Assembly: GCA_937948815.1 (NCBI GenBank)
Contig: CALFAM010000308.1
Coordinates: 5,817 to 69,816, forward strand
DNA length: 64,000 bases
Source: an uncultured bacterium
GTDB lineage: Bacteria; Acidobacteriota; Thermoanaerobaculia; Multivoradales; J023
Reading direction: 5' to 3'
Part shown: positions 9,907-20,204 of the stretch, piece after piece
How the letters are laid out: the number at the start of each line of letters is the position of its first letter
Numbering within the stretch: the first letter of the stretch is position 1
Made by a program: the position numbers and the translations under genes
The notes under the pieces: model-generated
Seen by the model: only the letters and a program-made list of their open reading frames with translations
What the model was told of the DNA's origin: nothing
Database searches by the model: none

Positions 9907-10250
9907 GGGGGCGTACTGGTTTCGACGGGGAACACAGTGAACGCAAGATGGCGTGCCGGTCCAACCGTACCTGGAAAAACACAACTGCCAACGATAACGT
10001 TGCACTCGCGGCTTAAGCCGTGACGTCTTGGCGGGAAACCTGACTCGCGGTTTCCTGCCGAGGCGTAACAATGAGCGAGTCTACAGCTGAAGTGGGTCCC
10101 ACGCTTCTGCTGGAATCAAACGGGACTGGCGTCTGTGCCGGCTGCCTTTGGCCTAAGCACAGTGGCGAGACAAAGAATCGAAGGCTACGCACGTAGAGGT
10201 CTCGCGATCACGTTTCTCGGACGTGGGTTCGACTCCCACCGCCTCCACCA
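9907..10250 (+). ncRNA. ssrA: tmRNA, tag peptide (A)ANDNVALAA at 9987-10016
   Basis: 5' GGGGGCG…GGTTTCGAC; 3' T-arm GTGGGTTCGACTCCCAC and acceptor end CGCCTCCACCA with G-U Ala identity pair; resume codon GCC and LAA* tag. Confidence 0.97.
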
Positions 10251-10411
10251 CCCAATCTTTCATTCGACAATCGAAGACTTCGCAACCGCAGGCGCGCTGC
10301 CGGCGGTCGGATCCGCCTTGCGCGAACCGACCTGTCGATGCCGGCCACGGGTTTCGGCCGTGAGCGAGGCGAGCGCAGCCACGACGACCGAGCCAGCCGG
10401 CAGATCGCGAC

Positions 10412-11479
10412 TCAGGAGCCTTCGGCCGCCGCGGCAAAGGCGCTGGCGATCGACTGCTCGAACGGGGCTTCGAGGACACCCATCTCGGTGATGAGACCGG
10501 CGATCAGCTCAGCAGGCGTGACATCGAAAGCGATGTTGGTCGCCAGCGTGCCCGCGGGCGCGACCCGGGTGCCGAAGACCTCGGTGACCTCCACGTCTTC
10601 GCGTTCTTCGATCGGGATGTCGGCACCGGTCGGCGTGTCCCGATCGATCGTCGACAGGGGCGCAGCCACGTAGAAGGGAACGTTGTGGCGAGCGGCGAGC
10701 ACTGCCACGGTGTAGGTGCCGATCTTGTTCGCAGCATCCCCGTTGCGGGCGATGCGGTCCGCGCCGACGACCACACGATCGACGAGACCACGGGCCATCA
10801 GCGCGCCGACGCTCGAATCGGTCACCAGGCGGTAGGGAATGTCCAACCGCTCGAGCTCCCAGGCGGTCAGCCTGGCGCCCTGCAACAAGGGCCGCGTCTC
10901 GTCGACCCAGACATGCGCGATTCGCCCGTCGCGATGGCCGGCGGTGATCACGCCCACAGCGGTGCCGTAGCCCGCGGTCGCCAGACCACCCGCATTGCAG
11001 TGGGTCAGAACGCGATCTCCCTCCGCGAAACGTTCCCGGCCATGCGCCCCCATGCGTTTGTTGGTCTCGATGTCACCCTCGTGGAGGCCATGTGCCCACG
11101 TAAGCAGGGCTTCGCGTACCGCCGCCGGTCCCTCGGAGCGGTGGGCTTCGAAGACACCTCGGCCCCGTGCCAATGCCCAGGTGAGATTGACCGCGGTCGG
11201 CCGGGTCGACGCGAGCAGGGCCTCGACCTCGTCGAAGCGCCCTTGAAGGTCGGATGGGTCTTTCACCCCAGTGAGGCCGACGACGAGGCCATAGCCCGCG
11301 GCCACGCCGATCGCCGGCGCGCCACGCACCGACAGCCGTCGAATGGCATCGGCGACGAGCTCGGGCGTGTCGCAGCGCAGCCACGTCTCTTCGCGCGGAA
11401 GCACGGTCTGGTCGAGCAGGTATAGCGTGTCGTCGCGCCAGGCGATCGGTGAAAACACATCATCGTGGACTTGGCTCAT
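10412..11479 (-). CDS. mtnA: S-methyl-5-thioribose-1-phosphate isomerase
   Basis: VRGAPAIG, RPTAVNL, LTHCNAGGLAT, DETRPLLQGARLT, NKIGTY; ATG 11479. Confidence 0.95.
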   Translation of the reverse strand: MSQVHDDVFSPIAWRDDTLYLLDQTVLPREETWLRCDTPELVADAIRRLSVRGAPAIGVAAGYGLVVGLTGVKDPSDLQGRFDEVEALLASTRPTAVNLTWALARGRGVFEAHRSEGPAAVREALLTWAHGLHEGDIETNKRMGAHGRERFAEGDRVLTHCNAGGLATAGYGTAVGVITAGHRDGRIAHVWVDETRPLLQGARLTAWELERLDIPYRLVTDSSVGALMARGLVDRVVVGADRIARNGDAANKIGTYTVAVLAARHNVPFYVAAPLSTIDRDTPTGADIPIEEREDVEVTEVFGTRVAPAGTLATNIAFDVTPAELIAGLITEMGVLEAPFEQSIASAFAAAAEGS

Positions 11480-11550
11480 GGCGCCGGATTGTATCCCGCA
11501 CAACCCTCTCCGTTTGCCCTCCGACGCTGTGCCGGCTACGCTTGGCGGGC

Positions 11551-12564
11551 ATGCACACGGTTCTCGAACGCATTTATGCACGCGCCCGAGCGGTTGGCGC
11601 CAACGTGGTTCTTCCGGAGGGCGACGATCCGCGCGTGTTGCGTGCGGTGGCGGCAGCCGAGGATCGCGGCATTGCCGAGCCCTGGGTGATCGGTGATTCA
11701 CAGACGATCGAGGCCAAGGCCCGAGCAGCGGGCATCCGCGCGCCGAAGCGCATCCTCGATCCGAAGGCTGACCCATCCCTGGACGACTGGACCGACGAGC
11801 TCGCACGCGCGCTCGATGCACGGAAGATCCCTCACCGCAGCCCTCAGGCCCTTCGCGACTGGGTCGAAGACCGTATTGTCTACGGCAACCTCTTGGTTCG
11901 ACACGGTCGCGCCGATGCGGCGGTCATGGGGGCCGTCGCCACCACCACCGAGACGCTCCGGGCAGCGTTGAGGGTGGTGGGAGTCGACCCGCGATTCGGC
12001 ATCGTCACCTCGTGCTTCTTGATGTTGCCTCCCGAGGCACCACCGATGGTCTATGCCGACTGTGGCGTCATTCCCGAGCCCAGCGCCGAGCAGCTCGCCG
12101 AGATCGCAGTCCAGGCAGCCAGCGCCTACCGACTCCTGGTGGATGACGAGCCGCGGGTGGCCTTGCTCGCGTTCTCGACCAAGGGAAGCGCCGCGCACCC
12201 GAGCCTCGACCGCATTCGGGCCGCGGTCGACTTGCTGCGGGAAAAGCAGGAAGCGGGTACGGTGGACTTTGCCTTCGATGGCGAGCTGCAGGCCGACGCC
12301 GCCCTGGTTGCCTCGGTGGGTGGGCGCAAGGCGCCCGACAGCTCAGTGGCGGGTCGCGCGAACGTACTAATCTTCCCCGATCTCAATTCCGGTAATATCG
12401 CTTACAAGCTCACCGAACGTTTGGCGCATGCGCGCGCGATCGGTCCACTTCTGAGGGGTCTCGAGCGACCAGTACACGACCTTTCGAGAGGGTGCTCCTG
12501 GTCAGATGTGTTGGACACGATCGCAATCGCCTCGCTCGAGGCAGGGGAACGGAGGCACGAATGA
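11551..12564 (+). CDS. pta: Phosphate acetyltransferase (short, catalytic-domain-only type)
   Basis: VVLPEGDDPRV, FSTKGSA, DGELQADAAL, IFPDLNSGNIAYK, DLSRG. Confidence 0.85.
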   Translation: MHTVLERIYARARAVGANVVLPEGDDPRVLRAVAAAEDRGIAEPWVIGDSQTIEAKARAAGIRAPKRILDPKADPSLDDWTDELARALDARKIPHRSPQALRDWVEDRIVYGNLLVRHGRADAAVMGAVATTTETLRAALRVVGVDPRFGIVTSCFLMLPPEAPPMVYADCGVIPEPSAEQLAEIAVQAASAYRLLVDDEPRVALLAFSTKGSAAHPSLDRIRAAVDLLREKQEAGTVDFAFDGELQADAALVASVGGRKAPDSSVAGRANVLIFPDLNSGNIAYKLTERLAHARAIGPLLRGLERPVHDLSRGCSWSDVLDTIAIASLEAGERRHE

Positions 12565-13853
12565 AGGTCTTGGTCGTCGGATCGGGCGGTCGCGAGCACG
12601 CGATCTGCTGGAAGCTGCGCCAGAGTCCGCTGATCAAAGAGCTCTACTGCGCACCTGGCAATCCGGGAATTGCCGAGGTGGCCGATCGGGTTCCGATCGC
12701 GGCTGACGAGATCCACAAGCTCGCGGACTTCGCGAGCGAGCTCGGCATCGATCTCACGGTCGTCGGTCCCGAGCTGCCGTTGGTGCTCGGAATCGCCGAC
12801 GAATTCACCTCGCGCGGCCTCGCCGTCTTCGGGCCAAACAAGCAGGCGGCCGAGCTCGAAGGCAGCAAGGTCTTCGCCAAGGAGTTCATGCGGCGGCACA
12901 GCATCCCGACTGCGGATTTCGAAGTCGCCCACGACGCGAGCGAAGCGCGCCGGTTGGCCAAGCGCTTCGGCTTTCCAGTGGTTCTCAAGGCCGACGGTCT
13001 CGCCGCTGGCAAGGGCGTGCGGGTCGTACACGACGAGCAGGCATTCGAGGATGCGCTGCAGGCATTCTTCGACGAGCGGCGCTTTGGCGCTGCCGCGGAT
13101 CGCTTGGTGATCGAAGCCTGCCTGGTCGGCGAAGAGATTTCCCTGATGGCGCTCTGTGACGGTACGCGCCTCCTGCCACTGGCCGCGGCCAAAGACTACA
13201 AGCGTCTTCTCGACCAAGACGACGGGCCGAATACTGGCGGCATGGGTGCGCACAGCCCGGCGGGCGTGCTGCCGACGGGCGTCGGACTCGAGATCATCGA
13301 GCAGGTACTCACCCCGACCGTTCGCGGTCTGGCGGCAGAGAATCGGAACTTCATCGGCGTTCTCTATGCCGGCCTCATGCTCACGGAGGACGGCCCACGC
13401 GTCCTCGAGTTCAATGTGCGCTTGGGGGATCCGGAAGCCCAACCGCTGCTCATGCGCCTCTCGGACGACTTGCTGCCCGTGCTGGCTCAGGGTGCGGCAG
13501 GCCGATTCGAAGTCCAGCGCCTGAACTTCGCCAAGAATGCCGCTGCGTGCGTGGTGTTGGCTTCTCGGGGCTATCCCGAAAAGCCAGCCAAGGGCGAGGC
13601 GATCACGGGAATCGAAAGCGCAGCAGCGAACGAAGACGTCGCGGTGTTCCATGCTGGTACGGGCATGGCCGACGACAACGTGGTGGCCACGGGCGGGCGC
13701 GTGCTCGACGTCTGCGCCACCGGGCCCAACCTGCGTGAGGCGCTGCGGCGCGCGTATAGCGCCGCAGCCGAGATTTCCTGGCCAAGCAAGATCCTCCGCC
13801 GCGACATTGGACGTCGCGTGCTCAATCGCGGCGAAAGCGGCTCATCGTCTTGA
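12561..13853 (+). CDS. purD: Phosphoribosylamine-glycine ligase
   Basis: MKVLVVGSGGREHA, KADGLAAGKGV, GPNTGGMGA, EFNVRLGDPE. Confidence 0.96.
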   Translation: MKVLVVGSGGREHAICWKLRQSPLIKELYCAPGNPGIAEVADRVPIAADEIHKLADFASELGIDLTVVGPELPLVLGIADEFTSRGLAVFGPNKQAAELEGSKVFAKEFMRRHSIPTADFEVAHDASEARRLAKRFGFPVVLKADGLAAGKGVRVVHDEQAFEDALQAFFDERRFGAAADRLVIEACLVGEEISLMALCDGTRLLPLAAAKDYKRLLDQDDGPNTGGMGAHSPAGVLPTGVGLEIIEQVLTPTVRGLAAENRNFIGVLYAGLMLTEDGPRVLEFNVRLGDPEAQPLLMRLSDDLLPVLAQGAAGRFEVQRLNFAKNAAACVVLASRGYPEKPAKGEAITGIESAAANEDVAVFHAGTGMADDNVVATGGRVLDVCATGPNLREALRRAYSAAAEISWPSKILRRDIGRRVLNRGESGSSS

Positions 13854-13870
13854 GTGGCTGCGCACGAGGT

Positions 13871-13900
13871 TTGACACCTTCGTTGGCGCTTTGCCATGAT
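13871..13900 (+). promoter_or_regulatory. Sigma70-type promoter for ricT-hfq (TTGACA-18-CATGAT with extended TG)
   Basis: TTGACA 13871-13876, TGcCATGAT ending 13900, SD GGAAGG 13905-13910. Confidence 0.6.
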
Positions 13901-13920
13901 GACCGGAAGGAATACAACGA

Positions 13921-14667
13921 GTGAGTGGCTGTGCTGGATGCAGTTTCAAAGGAATGTCGACCGCCGTCGAAGACACCTTCGTCGGGGTTCGCTTCGGTGA
14001 TGAGACCAATCTGACCCTCTGCCGCACGGGCGGTACCATCTTCGCGTGCGACGAGCGGGTGGTCGTGGACCTCGACCGCGGACCCGCCATGGGCGTGGTC
14101 GAGCGCTCGCCAATGCCGGTCTTCAAGCCGTGCCAAAAAAAGTCCGCACGTCGCATCCTCCGTCAGGCAACCTCGAAGGACACGAGTGCCTACGAGCGCC
14201 AGCGGAAGAATGAATTCCTGGCAAAACGCTACTGCCGAGACCGCGCCAAGGCGCTGAACCTCGAAATGAAAGTGTCTCGGGTCCACTTCTCGCTCGATGC
14301 ACGCTACGCCAGTATCTACTTCACCGCGAGTGGCCGCGTCGACTTCAGGCGTCTGGTCCGGGAGCTGGCCCATCGCTTCTCGGCACGGGTCAAGATGGTG
14401 CAGGTCGGAGCCCGGGACGAAGCCGCCTTGCTGGGCGGAATCGGTGTCTGTGGCCGAACGCTCTGCTGCTCGACCTGGCTCAAGGATTTCCGGCCGATCT
14501 CGATTCAGATGGCCAAGCGCCAGAACCTGAGTCTCAACCCTTCGAAGATTTCTGGCCAGTGCGGTCGATTGCTTTGCTGCCTGGCCTATGAAGACGACCA
14601 CTACAAGCAAGCCAAGAGCGCACGCGGTCGCAAACAACGCAATGCGCGCCCGGAGGCCGCTTCGTGA
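13921..14667 (+). CDS. ricT: PSP1-domain protein, RicT/YaaT-like Fe-S regulatory subunit
   Basis: [45 protein letters not shown]. Confidence 0.85.
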   Translation: MSGCAGCSFKGMSTAVEDTFVGVRFGDETNLTLCRTGGTIFACDERVVVDLDRGPAMGVVERSPMPVFKPCQKKSARRILRQATSKDTSAYERQRKNEFLAKRYCRDRAKALNLEMKVSRVHFSLDARYASIYFTASGRVDFRRLVRELAHRFSARVKMVQVGARDEAALLGGIGVCGRTLCCSTWLKDFRPISIQMAKRQNLSLNPSKISGQCGRLLCCLAYEDDHYKQAKSARGRKQRNARPEAAS

Positions 14668-15032
14668 GCAATCGGAAGTTGATCCGGCCGGATCCCGAAA
14701 TGAAGAACGGTGCCAGCCGAAGCGCCCGCCGCAAGCAGGTTCCTCCCGAGCAGACCAATGCCGAGGAGTTCTACTACCTCAAGCAGATGGCGGCCAAGAC
14801 GCCGATGGTCATCACCCTGGTCAACGACGAGGAATTGACCGGCTGGATCGAGTGGTACGACAAGAGCGCCATCAAATTCAACCGGCATGGCGAACCAAAC
14901 CTGCTCATCCCCAAGCACAACATTCGCTACATGTACAAGGAAGAGGAGCGCAAGCGCTCCCGCCGGCGCCCGAAGCGGACGGCACGCGCCAAAGCCGAGA
15001 CCGCCGAAGACGACAGCGAGGACGAGACCTAG
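14664..15032 (+). CDS. hfq: Hfq/Sm-like RNA chaperone, divergent
   Basis: Sm-fold pattern [20 protein letters not shown]…[10 protein letters not shown]; basic extensions on both sides; GTGA overlap with ricT. Confidence 0.7.
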   Translation: MSNRKLIRPDPEMKNGASRSARRKQVPPEQTNAEEFYYLKQMAAKTPMVITLVNDEELTGWIEWYDKSAIKFNRHGEPNLLIPKHNIRYMYKEEERKRSRRRPKRTARAKAETAEDDSEDET

Positions 15033-15050
15033 CGTTTGGGCGCGCGGTTG

Positions 15051-15767
15051 CTACACGCCGCGTGCGTTCGGATCCCACACCAGCTTGTGAAGCTGAATCT
15101 GCAGCCGCACAGGTAGGCGGTCGCGCAGCAGCCATTCGGCAAGCTCCAGGCGGTCGAGCTGACCGTGGACCGGCGAGAAGTGGACCGGGAAACGCTCGGC
15201 AAGACCGTGCTCCCTGACCATCTCGCGGGCGAAGCAGTAGTCGGCCTCGTCCGCGAGGACCATCTTGACCTCGTCGCCCTCTCGCAAGTGGCCGAGGTTC
15301 GGCCAGTGGTTGTTGTCGACCTCGCCGCTCCCCGGACACTTGACGTCCAGGATGACATGGACCCGTGGGTCGACCTTCGAGATGTCGACGCCGCCACCTG
15401 TTTCGAGCAAGACACGGTAGCCGGCATCCGCCAGCGCGACCATCAAGGGTCGCACGCCTGGCTGGAGCAGGGGTTCCCCGCCGGTGAGCTCGACCAGCGG
15501 ACAGTCGAATGCAGCGACCGCGTCCAGGATGGCCGCTCTCGACATCCACTGCCCTTCGTGAAACGCGTACTCGGTGTCACACCACGTGCAGCGCATCTGG
15601 CATCCGGTCAGCCGGACCAGCACGCAGCGGAGCCCTGCGAACGTGGACTCGCCTTGGATGGAGCAGAAGATCTCGTTGACCCGCAGGCGCTCCGCGGGCG
15701 GCAACCGCAGTGCCGGGGTTACGGCACGGCGGGCCGAGCCCGGGCGAGACTGGGTCGTCTGCACCAT
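15051..15767 (-). CDS. queE: 7-carboxy-7-deazaguanine synthase (radical SAM)
   Basis: EIFCSIQGE, RLTGCQMRCTWCDT, TGGEPLLQ, QLHK; adjacent to queD. Confidence 0.92.
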   Translation of the reverse strand: MVQTTQSRPGSARRAVTPALRLPPAERLRVNEIFCSIQGESTFAGLRCVLVRLTGCQMRCTWCDTEYAFHEGQWMSRAAILDAVAAFDCPLVELTGGEPLLQPGVRPLMVALADAGYRVLLETGGGVDISKVDPRVHVILDVKCPGSGEVDNNHWPNLGHLREGDEVKMVLADEADYCFAREMVREHGLAERFPVHFSPVHGQLDRLELAEWLLRDRLPVRLQIQLHKLVWDPNARGV

Positions 15768-15770
15768 GAT

Positions 15771-16145
15771 TCAGCTCGCTTCGAACATCGCGCAGGAGCG
15801 CTCGTTCTCCCAAACTTCGACCTTGTCGATGCGCACTCGCGGCGTGTCGAGCTTTGCGACCAGGCCACGAAAGATCTGCTCCGAGAGCAGCTCTGCTGTG
15901 GGAAGAAGCGTGTCGAATGGTGGAATCTCGTTGATCACCTGGTGGTCGAAGCGGTCGACGACCGAGCCGATCAGCTTCTTGAGATCCGCGAAGTCGATGA
16001 CCATTCCGAGCTCGTCGAGCTCGTCGGCCCGAAGAAAGACCCGTACGCGGTAGTTGTGGCCATGCAGGCGTCGGCATGGGCCCGGGTGCCCTTCGATGAA
16101 ATGAGCGGCTGCGAAAGTCACTTCTTTGGAAATTGTGTATGGCAC
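15771..16145 (-). CDS. queD: 6-carboxytetrahydropterin synthase
   Basis: FAAAH, CRRLHGHNY, GMVIDF, FDH, PTAE, VWE. Confidence 0.92.
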   Translation of the reverse strand: MPYTISKEVTFAAAHFIEGHPGPCRRLHGHNYRVRVFLRADELDELGMVIDFADLKKLIGSVVDRFDHQVINEIPPFDTLLPTAELLSEQIFRGLVAKLDTPRVRIDKVEVWENERSCAMFEAS

Positions 16146-16371
16146 GGCTACAATCCTAGCGGTCGACGGTCGGTCATGCTCCGTTCGTTCAAAAGACGAA
16201 GGCGATCATGGTCGGATTTCGATCCCGGTACTCGCTGGAAGCGTCTCGCGAAAGCAACCGCCTGGACGCTCGGTTTTGCGCGGCAACGAGCCCCATTTCC
16301 GGGCCCCGGGAGAAATTTCGGTGCAATTCGAGGCCTTGCAGCAATCCAACTTTCCGGGTCAAACGAATACG

Positions 16372-16489
16372 TCGATGAAGAGTCTGCTGCCGGCCCCTTC
16401 CGGCCAGAAGGCGAGCCAGCTTAGCGCTCTTCACTCCCTCTCCTCCCCCCGTGCTGTCTCCCTCCACAGCACGGGGTTTTCTTTTATTT
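16372..16489 (+). ncRNA. Candidate intergenic small RNA with CU-rich (anti-SD-like) segments
   Basis: Plus-strand intrinsic terminator between two minus-strand genes; 5' stem TGAAGAG/CTCTTCA; CACTCCCTCTCCTCC linker; 5' end is a guess. Confidence 0.5.
16447..16489 (+). terminator. Rho-independent terminator
   Basis: 11-bp perfect stem CCCCGTGCTGT/ACAGCACGGGG, loop CTCCCTCC, followed by TTTTCTTTTATTT. Confidence 0.8.
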
Positions 16490-16545
16490 GGTGGAACGAG
16501 AGTTAGCGACTCCACACCGGCTCTACCGCCTGATTACCCTGAAGG

Positions 16546-19308
16546 CTAGCCTCGGAGCTGGCGAAGCACGTACTGCAGGATTCCGCCATGGCGGAAGTAC
16601 TGCACCTCCTGAGGCGTATCCAGGCGCACCCGTACGTCGAACGACTTGTCGCCGCCCTCGGATCGGGCGACAACCTTCAGCGTGCGGCCCGCTTCGAAGG
16701 TGCCGGTCAGCCCGCCGATGCCGACGATGTCGTAGGTCTCCTCGCCGGTCAGACCGAGGCTGACGGCATCATCCGCGGCATCGAACTCGAGCGGCAGGAT
16801 GCCCATCCCGATCAAGTTACTGCGGTGAATGCGCTCGTAGCTCTTGGCAATGACCGCGCGAACGCCGAGCAACATCGGACCCTTGGCCGCCCAGTCGCGC
16901 GACGAACCCGTGCCGTACTCACGACCCGCGATCACCACCAGCGGAACCTGGTCATCGCGATAGCGCATGGCGGCATCGTAGATCGACATCTGCTCACCGT
17001 CCGGGAGCAGACGTGTGTAGGCGCCTTCGACACCTGGCACCAGCTGATTGCGCAAGCGCACGTTGGCGAAGGTGCCACGCATCATGACCTCATGGTTGCC
17101 GCGCCGCGACCCGTAGGAGTTGAAGTCCTTGGGCGCGACACCGTGCTCGACCAAGTACTTGCCGGCCGCGCTGTCGAGCTTGATGGCGCCCGCGGGCGAG
17201 ATGTGGTCGGTGGTCACCGAGTCGCCGAGCAGGGCCAGCACCCGGGCTGCTTGGATGTCCTGCGGATCACTGGGTTCGACGGGCATGTCCGTGAAGTAGG
17301 GCGGCAGCTTGACGTAGGTCGAGTCGTCGTCCCAGGCAAACGTGGCGCCATCCGGCGTCGGCATGCTCTGCCAGGTCTCGTCACCCTCGTAGACATTCGC
17401 GTACTCGCCCTCGAACATCTCGGAGCGCAGCGCAGCGCGGACCGTGGTGTCGATCTCATCCTGCGTCGGCCAGACATCCTTGAGGAAGACGGGGTCGTCG
17501 TTCTTGCCGAAGCCAAGCGGCTCGTTCTTGAGATCGATACCGATACGGCCGGCCAAGGCGTAGGCAACGACGAGTGGCGGCGAGGCCAAGTAGTTGGCAC
17601 GCACGTCCGGGCTGATGCGCCCTTCGAAGTTGCGGTTCCCGGACAACACCGAGCAGGCGACGAGGTTGCCCTCGCGGACCGCCTTCGCGACCGGCTCGGG
17701 CAACGGCCCACTGTTGCCGATGCAGGTGGTGCACCCATAGCCGACCACATTGAAGTGCAGCTTCTCCAGATCGTCGAGGAGTCCGGCTTGCTCCAGGTAG
17801 CGCGTCACCACCTTCGAGCCCGGCGCCAGGCTGGTCTTGACCCACGGTTTGACGTCGAGCCCGCGCTCGATCGCATTTCGCGCCAGCAGGCCAGCCGCCA
17901 CCATGACCGAAGGGTTGGACGTGTTGGTGCAACTCGTGATCGCCGCGATCACCACGGCGCCGTGATCGAGATCGAAGGTCTCGTCGCCCATGGTCGCTGC
18001 CACGGCGCTCTGCGTCGCGGCTTCCGCCACGGCCGTGCCGCCACTCACCACCGGAAGGCCACCGCCGCTCGGCGCGGCCTTGCCACCACCGACCTTCAGG
18101 CCGTCGAGATCGTCGGCGAACGCCTGGTGGACACGCGACAGCGGAATCCGGTCCTGCGGCCGCTTGGGACCGGCCAGGCTGGGCTCCACCGTACCGAGCT
18201 CGAGCTCCAAGACGCTGGTGTAGCTCGCTTCCGGCGTATCGGGGGTATGGAAGAGACCCTGCTCCTTCATGTACGCCTCGACCAGCGCGACACGATCGGC
18301 GTCCCGGCCGGTGAAGCGCAGATAGTCGAGGCAGACGCTGTCGACCGGGAAGATGCCGCAGGTGGCGCCATACTCCGGCGCCATGTTGGCGATGGTCGCG
18401 CGGTCCGCCAGGGGCAGCTTGCTCAGGCCGGGGCCAAAGAACTCGACAAACTTGCCGACGACACCGTGTGCGCGCAGCATTTCGACCACCCGCAGCACTA
18501 GGTCGGTGGCGGTGGCGCCTTCGGGAAGCGCTCCGAGCAGCCGGAAGCCGACCACCTGGGGAATCAGCATCGAGATCGGCTGTCCGAGCATGGCGGCCTC
18601 GGCTTCGATGCCACCCACGCCCCAGCCGAGCACGCCCAGGCCGTTGATCATCGTGGTGTGAGAGTCGGTGCCCACCAGGGTATCCGGATAGGCGCTCAGT
18701 TGATCACCCGAGTGATCCGTCCAGACCGTCTGCGCCAGGTACTCCAGGTTGACCTGGTGCACGATGCCGGTGGCCGGGGGCACGACCTTGAAGTTCTCGA
18801 ATGCCTTCTGACCCCAACGCAAGAAGCCATAGCGTTCGCGGTTGCGCTCGAATTCGCGCTCGGCATTGATCATCAGCGCCGCGGCCGACCCGTATTCGTC
18901 CACCTGAACCGAGTGGTCGATGACCAGATGGACCGGCTGGTGTGGATTGATCGCGTCGGGGTCGCCGCCCATTTCGGCCATGGCGTCGCGCATGGCGGCG
19001 AGATCGACGACTGCGGGCACGCCGGTGAAGTCCTGAAGGATCACGCGTGCGGGCATGAACGCGATCTCGGTCGACGGCACGGCATCCGCCTGCCAACGGG
19101 CAACCGCCTCGATGTCGGCGGCGGGCACCGACTGGCCGTCCTCGCGACGCAAGAGGTTCTCGAGAAGGATGCGGGTGGAGAAGGGCAGTCGGCCGAGGTC
19201 ATAACCGCTGCGCTCGAGCGCAGGAAGGCTGGCGATTTGGTAGGTGTGGCCGCCAACGCTCAGGGTCTGGCGAGCACCAAAGCTATCTTTCATCGAATCA
19301 GAAGACAT
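16546..19308 (-). CDS. acnA: Aconitate hydratase AcnA
   Basis: [59 protein letters not shown]. Confidence 0.97.
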   Translation of the reverse strand: MSSDSMKDSFGARQTLSVGGHTYQIASLPALERSGYDLGRLPFSTRILLENLLRREDGQSVPAADIEAVARWQADAVPSTEIAFMPARVILQDFTGVPAVVDLAAMRDAMAEMGGDPDAINPHQPVHLVIDHSVQVDEYGSAAALMINAEREFERNRERYGFLRWGQKAFENFKVVPPATGIVHQVNLEYLAQTVWTDHSGDQLSAYPDTLVGTDSHTTMINGLGVLGWGVGGIEAEAAMLGQPISMLIPQVVGFRLLGALPEGATATDLVLRVVEMLRAHGVVGKFVEFFGPGLSKLPLADRATIANMAPEYGATCGIFPVDSVCLDYLRFTGRDADRVALVEAYMKEQGLFHTPDTPEASYTSVLELELGTVEPSLAGPKRPQDRIPLSRVHQAFADDLDGLKVGGGKAAPSGGGLPVVSGGTAVAEAATQSAVAATMGDETFDLDHGAVVIAAITSCTNTSNPSVMVAAGLLARNAIERGLDVKPWVKTSLAPGSKVVTRYLEQAGLLDDLEKLHFNVVGYGCTTCIGNSGPLPEPVAKAVREGNLVACSVLSGNRNFEGRISPDVRANYLASPPLVVAYALAGRIGIDLKNEPLGFGKNDDPVFLKDVWPTQDEIDTTVRAALRSEMFEGEYANVYEGDETWQSMPTPDGATFAWDDDSTYVKLPPYFTDMPVEPSDPQDIQAARVLALLGDSVTTDHISPAGAIKLDSAAGKYLVEHGVAPKDFNSYGSRRGNHEVMMRGTFANVRLRNQLVPGVEGAYTRLLPDGEQMSIYDAAMRYRDDQVPLVVIAGREYGTGSSRDWAAKGPMLLGVRAVIAKSYERIHRSNLIGMGILPLEFDAADDAVSLGLTGEETYDIVGIGGLTGTFEAGRTLKVVARSEGGDKSFDVRVRLDTPQEVQYFRHGGILQYVLRQLRG

Positions 19309-19517
19309 ATGAGACCTTTCTTACTCTGTCAGTCGCGTGGTTCGGGATCGCGATTCAGAGGCTTGTCGCTCGTTGCGGATTGGCCATCGCACGGGGCGGC
19401 CGGAGATCGACTCCCAGCATTCGTCCGCCAACAAGCCGAGCTGGACTTTACCGTACCGCACATCATATCCGCGGAGACCAGTGCGTGGCGTCGGCGCGGT
19501 GACGGTACAATCTGCCC

Positions 19518-20204
19518 ATGGACGAGAAGGAGCAGCCCGAGGGCGATGCACGGCCCGAGCACGATTCGGGAGAGGACACCGCCGATCTCGGATCGACAGA
19601 CTCGACAACGGGCGGCCTCGAGCCGCCCCTGCTGCTGCTCGCGATGCCGCAGGTGCTCGATCCCTTTTTCCACAAGAGTGTGGTTCTGTTGGTCCACCAG
19701 GAGGACAGCGGCAGCCTTGGCTTCATCGTCAATCGGCCGACCACCGCGTCCGTGAGCGAGGTGCTGAGTGGACTCGACCTCGCCTGGCAAGGCGACGGCG
19801 AACAGCTTGCCTATTTCGGCGGCCCGGTGGAACCGCAGCTCGGCACCGTGCTGTTCAGCGTCGACGAGGCTGGACCGCCGGTCGGCGACCCAGAAGAGGG
19901 CCCCACGGCCAGCGAAGTGCTGCCCGGCATCGCCATGAGTCAGCACATCGGCGACCTCGCGGGGCTCGCCGAGCAACCGCCGGATTCGCTGCGCCTGATC
20001 CTCGGCTACGCGGGATGGGGAGACGGCCAGCTCGAGCACGAGATCATGCGCAATGATTGGATGACCGCGCCAGCGTCGAGCGCGCTGCTCTTCGGCGACG
20101 ATCCCGAGACGATCTGGTCGCGGGCCTTCGCCTCGATCGGCATCGACCCCGACACGCTACCGACCTGGACCCAGCGCACCGACGATCCGAGTGAGGCGAA
20201 CTGA
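19518..20204 (+). CDS. YqgE/AlgH family protein
   Basis: LLLAMPQVLDPFFHKSVV, GFIVNRP, FGGPV, GYAGWGDGQLE.E…NDW. Confidence 0.88.
   Translation: MDEKEQPEGDARPEHDSGEDTADLGSTDSTTGGLEPPLLLLAMPQVLDPFFHKSVVLLVHQEDSGSLGFIVNRPTTASVSEVLSGLDLAWQGDGEQLAYFGGPVEPQLGTVLFSVDEAGPPVGDPEEGPTASEVLPGIAMSQHIGDLAGLAEQPPDSLRLILGYAGWGDGQLEHEIMRNDWMTAPASSALLFGDDPETIWSRAFASIGIDPDTLPTWTQRTDDPSEAN

Noticed and set aside
10251-10411. Prophage or island integrated at ssrA
   Set aside because: mtnA ends 161 nt downstream; no integrase or att duplication seen
9793-10491. Small ORFs overlapping 9.8-10.5 kb
   Set aside because: Explained by tmRNA; only the tag reading frame is meaningful
15051-16145. 7-deazaguanine DNA-modification (dpd) defence island
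   Set aside because: No dpdA/tgt-like or other island genes; housekeeping context fits queuosine synthesis
16477-16515. Possible preQ1-I riboswitch on the minus strand upstream of queD (GGAGTCGCTAACTCTC…AAATAAAAGAAAA)
   Set aside because: The stem cannot form while leaving the ligand-pairing C in the loop; it is over 300 nt from queD, which has its own adjacent -10; the A-run is just the complement of the terminator T-tract
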